Positions 46,236 through 54,352 of a stretch of 58,289 nucleotides of DNA are shown piece by piece (position 1 is the first letter of the stretch; the number at the start of each line of letters is the position of its first letter). The DNA is from a virus (lineage: Duplodnaviria; Caudoviricetes): positions 1 through 58,289 of the IMG/VR virus record IMGVR_UViG_3300027513_000017. One strand, written 5' to 3'. A program made the translations under genes and the position numbers. Below the pieces are notes generated by a model that had not been told where the DNA came from, ran no database searches, and was given only the letters and a program-made list of their open reading frames with translations.

Positions 46236-47119
46236 AGACGTATATATCAGGACATACAGGATTAGTTGGCTCTGCTTTACTCCGGCGTCTCCCTGACTCT
46301 ATCACGCGCACGCGGGCAGAACTAGACCTGACCGACCAAAGGGCTGTTGACTACTTCTTCCACAAAGAGAAACCGGAATACGTTTACCTGGCAGCGGCTA
46401 AAGTCGGCGGGATACACGCTAATCAAACCTATCCGGCAGACTTCATTAGACACAATCTCGCCATCCAAACGAACGTGGTTCATTCCGCGTGGCAGCATGG
46501 CGTAAAGAAACTAATCTTTCTTGGCTCATCATGTATCTACCCTCGTGATTGTCCACAACCGATGAAGGAAGAATATCTATTGTCAGGCCAGTTGGAACCT
46601 ACAAATCAGTGGTACGCGGTCGCCAAGATAGCCGGCTTGAAGATGTGTGAGGCTTATCGGAATCAGTATGGGTTGAATTGCGTGTCAGTGATGCCTACAA
46701 ACCTTTACGGTCCTAACGATCATTTTGATTCGGTGAACTCTCATGTAGTTCCGAGTCTGATTAGTAAGTTTGCTAAGGGTGGCAAGGTAACGGTGTGGGG
46801 AACAGGCAAGCCAAAACGCGAACTGCTTCATGTTGATGACCTGGCTGATGCGCTCTTGACCATCATGGAGTCCTACGAAGGAGACCTAATCAACATCGGT
46901 TCAGGTGATGAAGTAACGATTCGGGAACTGGCAGAAATGATCGGAGAGATAGCCGGACACAGAGGGCCGGTTGAGTTTGACGAGACGAAACCAGACGGAC
47001 CAATGAGGAAACTGGTTGACGGTTCAAAACTTAAAGCTTTCTGGCAACCTAAAATCACGTTACATGAAGGTCTCCGCGCAACCTTTCAACACTATCAAGC
47101 ACGACTGGTACTTGCTTGA
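46232..47119 (+). CDS. fcl: GDP-L-fucose synthase (epimerase/reductase)
   Basis: [50 protein letters not shown]. Confidence 0.95.
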   Translation: MKTYISGHTGLVGSALLRRLPDSITRTRAELDLTDQRAVDYFFHKEKPEYVYLAAAKVGGIHANQTYPADFIRHNLAIQTNVVHSAWQHGVKKLIFLGSSCIYPRDCPQPMKEEYLLSGQLEPTNQWYAVAKIAGLKMCEAYRNQYGLNCVSVMPTNLYGPNDHFDSVNSHVVPSLISKFAKGGKVTVWGTGKPKRELLHVDDLADALLTIMESYEGDLINIGSGDEVTIRELAEMIGEIAGHRGPVEFDETKPDGPMRKLVDGSKLKAFWQPKITLHEGLRATFQHYQARLVLA

Positions 47120-47181
47120 TCACGGTTATGGATATTGTTTACGGTGCGGTACTGAGACTCCTGACAGTTATTGCGTAAAAG

Positions 47182-47346
47182 ATGAGTTACCCACAGAACA
47201 AAGTCCCGAACATGCCGAACATTCCGCCTCCACCTGTACGTGAAGAACGTAAGTTGTCGGAACGTGATAAGAATCTGGAGATTGAGAGTATTAAGCGCAC
47301 GTTATACAACGCGCTCGATAAGTTGGAACGATTAAAGACTAAGTAG
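47182..47346 (+). CDS. Small hypothetical protein (absent from the ORF track)
   Basis: MSYPQNKVP...LERLKTK; basic helical ORF before the capsid leader. Confidence 0.4.
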   Translation: MSYPQNKVPNMPNIPPPPVREERKLSERDKNLEIESIKRTLYNALDKLERLKTK

Positions 47347-47392
47347 TTTGACAATCATTTAGCGAGCCAGTGTACGCCTTTGAGCGTTACCC

Positions 47393-47433
47393 GCCCGCCG
47401 TGATCTTCGAAAGAGGATTGCGACGGGCTTTTT
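47393..47433 (+). terminator. Terminator-like hairpin in the leader of the prohead protease gene
   Basis: 16-bp stem (one mismatch, several G-U pairs) with GAAA loop followed by TTTTT; TTGACA at 47348. Confidence 0.65.
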
Positions 47434-47453
47434 CGTTTTGGAGCACTCCCAAG

Positions 47454-48497
47454 ATGCCCATTGAACGCAAGTCTTACCCTATTGCCGAACTCAAGAGCGA
47501 CGACGACTCAGGAATTATTGAGGCGATTGTCAGCGTGTTTTCGAACATTGATCTCGGCAACGAGAAGGTAATGCCGGGGTTCTTCGCCAAGTCGATCGAG
47601 AAGAAACTCCCTAAAGGCGTGTGGGCGCATGACTGGAAGCAGCCCATCGCAAAGACACTCGAAGCGAAAGAACTTCTTCCTGGCGATCCGCTTCTTCCTG
47701 CTCATCTGAAGAAACTCGGCGGGGCATACATCAAGGGCCAATTCAATCGAGACACCCAACGAGGACGCGAAGCCTACTCCGACATCAAGTTTGGAATCAT
47801 TGACGAATTCTCCATCGGTTACTCAGTCACTAAAGACGGCAAGGACAACGATACCGGAGCACGAGAACTGATCGAGGGTGAATGGAAAGAGTGGAGTCCA
47901 GTGCTGGTCGGAATGAACGATCAAACCGCGTTGATCTCCATCAAGTCTGACGATCACGAAGTTCAAGGTGTTCCAACTAAAGGAATGTTGGCCGAAGAGA
48001 TGGCCCAGACCACGCCTTCGACTTGGGAGGTGCAGTCGGCGTTCTCTCGTGTGATTCGCAAGATTGCCGAGTCAGCCAAAAATTCAGACATAACAGATTT
48101 AGAGTTCGATTGGAAAGCTAAAGCTACGCTGGCGTGTTCTGAGTTGGGATCGGAATTGACGCCGTTAGTCATCGCTCAGATCGAAGAATACCTGAACAGT
48201 TCAGACAGTGAGTTTTACCTCAAAGGTTCGGTAGCCGATCCCTTTGAGTCCTTCGAAAAAGCGGTAGCCGCAATTGAGAAGAACACCGCCAATTTAGAGC
48301 GCAACCACGAGAACCGGGTCAAAGAAGGCCGGATTCTCTCTTCCTCAAATCGAGCCAAAGTTCAATCCGCTTATGACGCTCTCGGAGCGTTGCTGGCCGC
48401 GTCTGAACCCCCGCCGAAAGAGAAAGAGATCGATGGTGCCGCGCTAAGGACTCAATCGCTACGGATGCAGAGCAAGGCAATAGCAGCTCTGCTATGA
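47454..48497 (+). CDS. HK97-family prohead protease with C-terminal extension
   Basis: SVF...D...E....G.F, W.HD...PI, EFSIGY, E.SPV..G.N; KEGR.LS..N. Confidence 0.9.
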   Translation: MPIERKSYPIAELKSDDDSGIIEAIVSVFSNIDLGNEKVMPGFFAKSIEKKLPKGVWAHDWKQPIAKTLEAKELLPGDPLLPAHLKKLGGAYIKGQFNRDTQRGREAYSDIKFGIIDEFSIGYSVTKDGKDNDTGARELIEGEWKEWSPVLVGMNDQTALISIKSDDHEVQGVPTKGMLAEEMAQTTPSTWEVQSAFSRVIRKIAESAKNSDITDLEFDWKAKATLACSELGSELTPLVIAQIEEYLNSSDSEFYLKGSVADPFESFEKAVAAIEKNTANLERNHENRVKEGRILSSSNRAKVQSAYDALGALLAASEPPPKEKEIDGAALRTQSLRMQSKAIAALL

Positions 48498-48508
48498 GGG
48501 ATTAAACG

Positions 48509-49807
48509 ATGCCTTTAGAGCAGGATGCCGCGCTACTGCAAACAAAAGTAGCCGAGACACGCGCTTTTTGGGACAAGGTTGGCGATGCCGATCTAACCCA
48601 AGAGCAGAAGCAGGAAATCGACGGGATCAACAAGACGGTTGAAGAGTTGAGCGCGAAGGTTTCCGAGTCAAAAAAATACCAACAAATTAGAGCAGAGCAA
48701 GAAGCGTTAGCCGCTGGCTTGAATGCACCGGTTCACACTCCTGACTTTGGTAGCAAGGATCTCAAAGGTCGCGAACCTGAGCGTGAGACCAAGAGTGTTG
48801 GTGAGCGGTTCACTGACCGCAAGGAATTCAAGGAATGGTTCAAGAGCGTTGCGCCGTCCGGCGAGATCAACGAAACCTCATCGATCGGATTCTCCTGTCC
48901 ACCGTTGACTCTCGAGGGTAAGGCTCTCGTGACTGGTTCGTCCGCTGCTTCCGGTGGCGCGTTGGTGCGACGTGACTATGCCGGTCTCGTTGATTTTCCG
49001 TTCCGTCCAATGACGTTGCGAGATGTCATTACGATTGGCCGAACGGGGTCAGATCTGATCGAGTTCCCGCGCGTAGTTAGCTACACCTCGGCTGCTGCCA
49101 CCGTGGCCGAAGCAACGACTGCTCCAACATCCTTTAGTCAGGCAAGCAACGGTTTGAAGCCTGAGTCATCGATGGTCCTAGAGAAGGTTACGGCGACAGT
49201 GAAGACCATTGCTCACTGGATACCGCTAACCCGACGCGCTCTGTCTGATGCACCGCAAATCGAAACCCTCATCAACAACTTTCTCGAGTTTGGCTTGGAT
49301 GATGCCGAGGAAACTCAGATCGTAACCGGCAACGGATCGGGCGAGAACTTCCTCGGTCTCGACAACACTCCAAACATCACTCTCCAGGCATTCGACACGG
49401 ACATCCTGACCACGACCCGCAAAGCCAGAACAGCGGCAGCCGTAACAGGTCGCGCGCGGTCTACCGCGTTTGTGATGCACCCGTATGACTGGGAAGCCTT
49501 CGACCTCTTGAAGGACGCAGAGAACCGCTACTACTGGGGTGGCCCAACGGTTCTCGGACAGAAGATGTTGTGGGGTCTCCCGGTTGTTGAGTCTGAGGCG
49601 ATGCGCCTAAAGACTTTTTACACAGGCGATCTCAAGCAGGCAATTTTGTGGGACAGAGAAATGATGACGATTCGCATGAGCGATGCGCCTAACGATTTCT
49701 TCCTGCGAAACATGTTGGCGATTCTCGCAGAACGCAGAGCGGCCTTCGGTGTGTTTAGACCGCCCGCAATCGTTCGCGGAGACCTTCTGGCAGGTCCTAA
49801 CAGTTAA
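48509..49807 (+). CDS. Major capsid protein (HK97 fold)
   Basis: N-terminal coiled-coil delta domain; KTIAHW...R.AL.DAP, G.G.G.N..G, MHP.DW, LWGLPVV, F..N...I.AE.R. Confidence 0.95.
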   Translation: MPLEQDAALLQTKVAETRAFWDKVGDADLTQEQKQEIDGINKTVEELSAKVSESKKYQQIRAEQEALAAGLNAPVHTPDFGSKDLKGREPERETKSVGERFTDRKEFKEWFKSVAPSGEINETSSIGFSCPPLTLEGKALVTGSSAASGGALVRRDYAGLVDFPFRPMTLRDVITIGRTGSDLIEFPRVVSYTSAAATVAEATTAPTSFSQASNGLKPESSMVLEKVTATVKTIAHWIPLTRRALSDAPQIETLINNFLEFGLDDAEETQIVTGNGSGENFLGLDNTPNITLQAFDTDILTTTRKARTAAAVTGRARSTAFVMHPYDWEAFDLLKDAENRYYWGGPTVLGQKMLWGLPVVESEAMRLKTFYTGDLKQAILWDREMMTIRMSDAPNDFFLRNMLAILAERRAAFGVFRPPAIVRGDLLAGPNS

Positions 49808-49844
49808 TTAACCTCGTGGCGGTCCATAGCCCGTTACGCCAGCA

Positions 49845-49878
49845 GGCGGCTTCTCTTGCTCCCGTAGGAGGAGCCGCC
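49845..49878 (+). promoter_or_regulatory. Hairpin sequestering the SD of the GT4 gene
   Basis: GGCGGCTTCTC pairs with GGAGGAGCCGCC, which contains the GGAGGAG SD upstream of ATG 49887. Confidence 0.55.
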
Positions 49879-49886
49879 CTTACTTT

Positions 49887-51191
49887 ATGAAACTACTTTT
49901 TATCCTTCACATGTATCAGCCTTACCACAATGCGGGTGGTGAGACGACCGCGCACACTGCGATGAAGGCGATGGTAGATCGAGGCCACGATGTAACGGTA
50001 GTTTTTAGGCCGCAGAATGAAACCGAAGGCGACAAGTGTCCTGACATCTATGAATACGAGGGCGTGAAATGCATTAAGAGTCCGCTGAACACCGCCCAAG
50101 CATTCATTAAGGATGTGATCACTCGCATAGATCCAGACCTCTTAATCACTCACCTCGACCTGACCACCTTAGCGATGCAGTTGAGTCTTGATACTCATAA
50201 ACCTTTGGCCCATTGGGTACACAACACAATGAGTCTTGATGTGTTTCATGTGTCCCCGCAGAAGTGCCAACTAGCAATCTTTAACTCAAATTGGGTGGCT
50301 GAGTTCTACAAGTGGAAAGGTCCACAGATCGTGATCCATCCCACGGTGGAGCCAGATCGCTATCGGTGTGAAAAAGGCACGAAGATCACGCTCGTTAATC
50401 CAACCCCAGGCAAAGGCGCGGATCAGTTTTATCAACTCTCCAAGATGCTCCCTGATTATGAATTTCTGACAGTGAAGAGTGTTTATGGCGAACAGATCGC
50501 GGTGCCGAATATATCGGCTCATCTTCACCCGAACGTGGAAACGATGGAGCACACGGCAGACATCAGGGAAGCGTTACGCAAGACAAAAGTTCTCCTGATG
50601 CCCTCGCAGTACGAGTCCTATGGTCGCGTAGCAGTCGAGGCGGCGTGTTCTGGTATTCCGACTATCGCTCACCCGACCCCCGGGCTATTGGAAGCGTTGG
50701 GTGACGCGGGAATCTTCTGCGATAGAGACGATCTCCCGTCATGGAAGAACGCTATCGAGCGGTTAATGACAGATGATGTCTATTACCGCAAACGCTCAGA
50801 TTTAGCCCTCGAACTAGCTAACAGTCTCGATCCTGAGAGCGAATTCGATCGATTGGAGGAAGCATTGTTAGTCACTAGCAGAGCATTTAACCAGGAGGAC
50901 GTAATGGAAAGAGTTTTGTACGCCAATCGAAGGTTTGGAAAGAAGCCTGATGGCAGTCTGAGCGATCAGATGCACGAGTGTCGCTCGCTCGTTTGCGGTG
51001 GTCCAGGTGCGCCAATTCCTTTCGAGTGTTTAGAGGAAGCAAAGGCGTTGGGTTATGCCGATATACCCGCAGATCAGCCGTCAGAGAAGACCGAGATTCT
51101 TCTGGACACGAAAGCACTAACTGAAGCTCCAGAGAACAAGGCGATTCAGGAACCTGAGCAGAAGAAAACAAGGAAGCGAAAGACCGCCTGA
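49887..51191 (+). CDS. GT4-family glycosyltransferase fused to a C-terminal post-capsid small-protein domain
   Basis: GGE......M..RGH.V.V, KG...F, LLMPS.YESYGRVAVEA...G.P; extra tail of about 95 aa. Confidence 0.85.
   Translation: MKLLFILHMYQPYHNAGGETTAHTAMKAMVDRGHDVTVVFRPQNETEGDKCPDIYEYEGVKCIKSPLNTAQAFIKDVITRIDPDLLITHLDLTTLAMQLSLDTHKPLAHWVHNTMSLDVFHVSPQKCQLAIFNSNWVAEFYKWKGPQIVIHPTVEPDRYRCEKGTKITLVNPTPGKGADQFYQLSKMLPDYEFLTVKSVYGEQIAVPNISAHLHPNVETMEHTADIREALRKTKVLLMPSQYESYGRVAVEAACSGIPTIAHPTPGLLEALGDAGIFCDRDDLPSWKNAIERLMTDDVYYRKRSDLALELANSLDPESEFDRLEEALLVTSRAFNQEDVMERVLYANRRFGKKPDGSLSDQMHECRSLVCGGPGAPIPFECLEEAKALGYADIPADQPSEKTEILLDTKALTEAPENKAIQEPEQKKTRKRKTA
50904..51191 (+). CDS. In-frame internal ORF (95 aa), putative post-capsid small protein
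   Basis: AGGAGG 50893-50898 five nt before in-frame ATG 50904; ends APENKAIQEPEQKKTRKRKTA. Confidence 0.55.
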   Translation: MERVLYANRRFGKKPDGSLSDQMHECRSLVCGGPGAPIPFECLEEAKALGYADIPADQPSEKTEILLDTKALTEAPENKAIQEPEQKKTRKRKTA

Positions 51192-51763
51192 TGTACGTCG
51201 AGAACGAAGATGTCAGAGATGCAGCCGAGGGGATGGCTGTTGATGAACTCGGAGAACATGAGTTGGAACAGATAATTCTCCGCGCTTCACGCATGTTCGA
51301 TCTCGCTTGCGGAGTTGAGCCTGAATACTTCGAGGCTAATGACGCCGACGCTACCGAGCGAACATTCTATGGCGATGGGTCGAACTTTCTAAGGCTTGAT
51401 CCTTATGTTCCGGGTTCTTTGAATACAACGATCACCTTTCCTGAAGGCTATTCGGATCTCAGTTTTGTTGAGCGTGATGGTTACTTAGTGAGAACAGAGA
51501 ACTCGTTTCTTGTTTCGCGTCACGTTTACGGTGGGTGGTATGTGAACGCTCCGATTACAGTGTCGGCCCAGTGGGGTCTTGAAGCCACTCCTGATGACGT
51601 AAAACAGGCGGTCATTGAACTAACGATCAACTTGTGGCGCGAGATTGATCCGGCGCATTTGAAGTTAGTCGGTGTCGATAATCAACCTCTCAGGGAGACG
51701 TTACCGCCGAGGGTATCCGCAATCGCTAAGAAGTATCGGGTTAAGAATGGAGTGATGGTTTGA
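51191..51763 (+). CDS. Head-tail connector/adaptor
   Basis: I..ASR..D..C, R.F.GDG...L, V.A.WG....P.DVKQA. Confidence 0.8.
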   Translation: MYVENEDVRDAAEGMAVDELGEHELEQIILRASRMFDLACGVEPEYFEANDADATERTFYGDGSNFLRLDPYVPGSLNTTITFPEGYSDLSFVERDGYLVRTENSFLVSRHVYGGWYVNAPITVSAQWGLEATPDDVKQAVIELTINLWREIDPAHLKLVGVDNQPLRETLPPRVSAIAKKYRVKNGVMV

Positions 51764-52260
51764 TTCGCTTCGAGCTTCAAATCGACGGGGCAACGGAGAT
51801 TGATAGAGCCTTCAATCGCATAGATCGCTTCATCTCGGATTTTAGAAATGTATGGCCGGCAGTTACGGATGAGTTCTACGCGATTGAAGAGAGTCAGTTT
51901 GCTTCTCAAGGATCTAAAGGGGCGTCAGGTAGGTGGGCACCGTTGAGCAAGGCTTATGCGGCTTACAAAGCGCAAGCGTTTCCCGGTCAACCGATATTGA
52001 GAGCAGAGAATAGTTTGTATGAATCGCTCACTAGTCCTGAAGGTTTGGACTCGATTTATCGGGCCACACAGTTTGAATTAACGATTGGGTCAAAAGCTCC
52101 TTATGCAACGGCACATCAACGCGGATCAGGAAGGATGCCAGCACGCCCTCCGATCTCTTTGACTGAGAGCGACAAGCGCAGGATGCAGAAAGCAATTCAA
52201 CAGGGGCTAGTGAGATTCACGCGCGAGTGTGGATTCCAAGTGGAAGAGAGAGCGGCCTAA
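51760..52260 (+). CDS. Virion morphogenesis (neck) protein
   Basis: W.PLS..Y, IL.....L..SL, G....YA..HQ.G...MPARP. Confidence 0.8.
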   Translation: MIRFELQIDGATEIDRAFNRIDRFISDFRNVWPAVTDEFYAIEESQFASQGSKGASGRWAPLSKAYAAYKAQAFPGQPILRAENSLYESLTSPEGLDSIYRATQFELTIGSKAPYATAHQRGSGRMPARPPISLTESDKRRMQKAIQQGLVRFTRECGFQVEERAA

Positions 52261-52286
52261 AACTTAAAGGCTGAAAGTTACCTAAG

Positions 52287-52784
52287 ATGCCGTGGACGCC
52301 GAACGCAAACGAACCTAGTGCGGTCTTTGAAGAACCGATAATCAATAACACGCTGGCGATCATTGAAAGAGATTTCAAGAACGCGCTCGATTACTTCTAC
52401 GCAAGCGATCGTCTACCAGACTTCAAAGAGCGAGCGTTAGGCCAGATACGTGATCTGGCTTTTCCCACACTGGCAATCACGCCTCGGGTAAACGACACGG
52501 AAGAAGCGGCGGATCGCTCACACATTGTCGAGGCTTGCACGCTTGATATTTACCTCGGGGTCAAGGGGAGTTCAGCGAATGAAGTTACGCGATTGATTAT
52601 GAAGTACGTCAGGGTCATGGATGCAATTTTACGAACAGCGCGAGCAGACTTCTTTACCGATATGAGCAATCCATTTGGCGTGGTCTTACAAATAAGACAT
52701 TCATACGGGCCAGTAGGCTCAAAAGAAACGCAATATTTTCGGGCGGCAATAGTAGAACTCACAGTTAACTTGAGAGAGCGATAG
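52287..52784 (+). CDS. Putative tail terminator
   Basis: Size and position between the neck and major tail genes. Confidence 0.6.
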   Translation: MPWTPNANEPSAVFEEPIINNTLAIIERDFKNALDYFYASDRLPDFKERALGQIRDLAFPTLAITPRVNDTEEAADRSHIVEACTLDIYLGVKGSSANEVTRLIMKYVRVMDAILRTARADFFTDMSNPFGVVLQIRHSYGPVGSKETQYFRAAIVELTVNLRER

Positions 52785-52794
52785 GAGATAACAC

Positions 52795-53418
52795 ATGGCA
52801 GACAATTGGCTAACTACTCGGGTGGCACTAGGGCCAGGTAAGCTCTATGCCAACTTGGGAGGCACGACAAACTCTCCGTGGGACGGAGCTTCTGGTGTTC
52901 GTCTCCTACTGGCTTCTGATGGGCAGCCAAACGCTACTCAGAACCCGAACTACCTTCATCTCGGCATGACCGAGGGCGGCGAAGAGTGGTCAGTTAAAGA
53001 CACTGCTACCCACTTTAAGGCCGACGAGTTTCCCACTCCGATCATCTCGCGCATTACCGATCAGGAAATCGTGATCACTGGGTCGCTGTTACAGATCAGT
53101 GATATGGCTGTGCAGGCGATGATGAATACCACGGCAACGAGATCGGACGTGGGCGGATCTGAGGGTCTAACTTGGGGCAGTCTGACGCCGACAATTACCT
53201 ATCGATCGTTTGCGGTGATCTGGCCTGTCGAAGGTGATACGACCAAATTCACCGTGTTCCATGTCTACAAAGCGTTTAACGACACCGGAATGGCCGCGCA
53301 AATCTCCAGCACCAAACTGGGAGCATCACCTTTTGCCATTCGTGGTTATCCGATTACCACCAGAACGGCGGGCGACATGAGTGCACGCTTCTTTAGACAA
53401 GTTTCGGGAACAAGCTGA
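52795..53418 (+). CDS. Major tail protein
   Basis: GPG.LY, LG.T.GG motifs; AGGAGA RBS; precedes chaperone and tape measure genes. Confidence 0.8.
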   Translation: MADNWLTTRVALGPGKLYANLGGTTNSPWDGASGVRLLLASDGQPNATQNPNYLHLGMTEGGEEWSVKDTATHFKADEFPTPIISRITDQEIVITGSLLQISDMAVQAMMNTTATRSDVGGSEGLTWGSLTPTITYRSFAVIWPVEGDTTKFTVFHVYKAFNDTGMAAQISSTKLGASPFAIRGYPITTRTAGDMSARFFRQVSGTS

Positions 53419-53933
53419 TGAATAAACCGATGAACGCGGCTGCTTACCGCGCACACGCAGAACAGGTAAAAGCCCAACGTCCTTCCGATTTGGTTACGTT
53501 GAAATCAGGGTCGGTGTTTGAGCTATGCCGACCCAACATTCAGACGTGGGTGATGACCGGGAGAGTGCCACAATCCCTCTTAGAAGCAGGCATAAAGGCG
53601 TGGAAGGAACAGGGTAAGGTTCCTGTGAGCGCACAGAAGGGTAGCCCGTCAATCGTCACGGACTCCGCTATCTTCTTTGTCCGACTCGTGCAGGAATGCA
53701 CTGTTAATCCCAAACTGGTTGAGTTTCCTGATCCTGATAAGAACGAGATTGGGCCAGAGACAATGTTGGATGAAGACTTTTGGGAGATTGTTGGATGGGC
53801 CATGACGGGACAGGGGGTGGCAGGCATAGACGGCCTGCAGACGTTTCGTGCAGGACGAAAACGGGGAACTTCTGGCAGTCGCTCTAAGCGCAAGAAACTT
53901 CAGCCTGAGACCGTCAGCTCTGCTGCAAATTGA
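53418..53933 (+). CDS. Tail assembly chaperone (G)
   Basis: Between major tail and tape measure genes; overlaps a second frame. Confidence 0.75.
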   Translation: MNKPMNAAAYRAHAEQVKAQRPSDLVTLKSGSVFELCRPNIQTWVMTGRVPQSLLEAGIKAWKEQGKVPVSAQKGSPSIVTDSAIFFVRLVQECTVNPKLVEFPDPDKNEIGPETMLDEDFWEIVGWAMTGQGVAGIDGLQTFRAGRKRGTSGSRSKRKKLQPETVSSAAN

Positions 53934-54126
53934 GGATGAGGTTTTAGCCTTCGATTTCGATCTGACCTGTACTACTCGGTTGCTTTATTACGATCAGGAC
54001 GCAGAGAATGTCAGATTAGACGCAATGACGATGGGTCAATTCTCGAAAGCAATGGGTTCAAGCCCGATAGGAAATGTCCCAACCAACGTCATCACACAGG
54101 CTGATTTTCGAGATCAGGGACTCTAA
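53848..54126 (+). CDS. Tail assembly chaperone extension (T), probably reached by +1 frameshift
   Basis: TTT CGT at 53844-53849 shifts to TTC GTG; RPS.LL.I.D...AFDFD motif. Confidence 0.6.
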   Translation: MQDENGELLAVALSARNFSLRPSALLQIEDEVLAFDFDLTCTTRLLYYDQDAENVRLDAMTMGQFSKAMGSSPIGNVPTNVITQADFRDQGL

Positions 54127-54289
54127 GACGGTTTTGATTTGCCAGTGTTGCGATAAGCCAATTCTCGATATTGTCGGCGGTGAGTTACAGATTATTTCCA
54201 AGCATGGGAGCGCGAAACACACAAACATTCTGAGCGTTGAATACTTAAAGATGCTCGTCTTTGAAATGGAAAGACAGAAGGGTAGTTAG
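54074..54289 (+). CDS. Small Com-like zinc-finger protein (start uncertain)
   Basis: LICQCCDKPI....GG.L.I..KH....H; directly upstream of the tape-measure leader hairpin. Confidence 0.45.
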   Translation: MSQPTSSHRLIFEIRDSKTVLICQCCDKPILDIVGGELQIISKHGSAKHTNILSVEYLKMLVFEMERQKGS

Positions 54290-54316
54290 ACAACTTAATC
54301 CTGAGTGATTCCTTGT

Positions 54317-54352
54317 GAGTCCAGTTCTCTTGAGCTGGGCTTTCTTGTTTTT
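54317..54352 (+). terminator. Hairpin plus U tract directly before the tape measure start codon
   Basis: GAGTCCAGTTC-tctt-GAGCTGGGCTT then TCTTGTTTTT-ATG. Confidence 0.5.

Noticed and set aside
47370-47453. Upstream GTG start for the prohead protease (likewise 54305 for the tape measure gene)
   Set aside because: The extensions run through hairpin/U-tract leaders; ATG 47454 and ATG 54353 give typical N-termini
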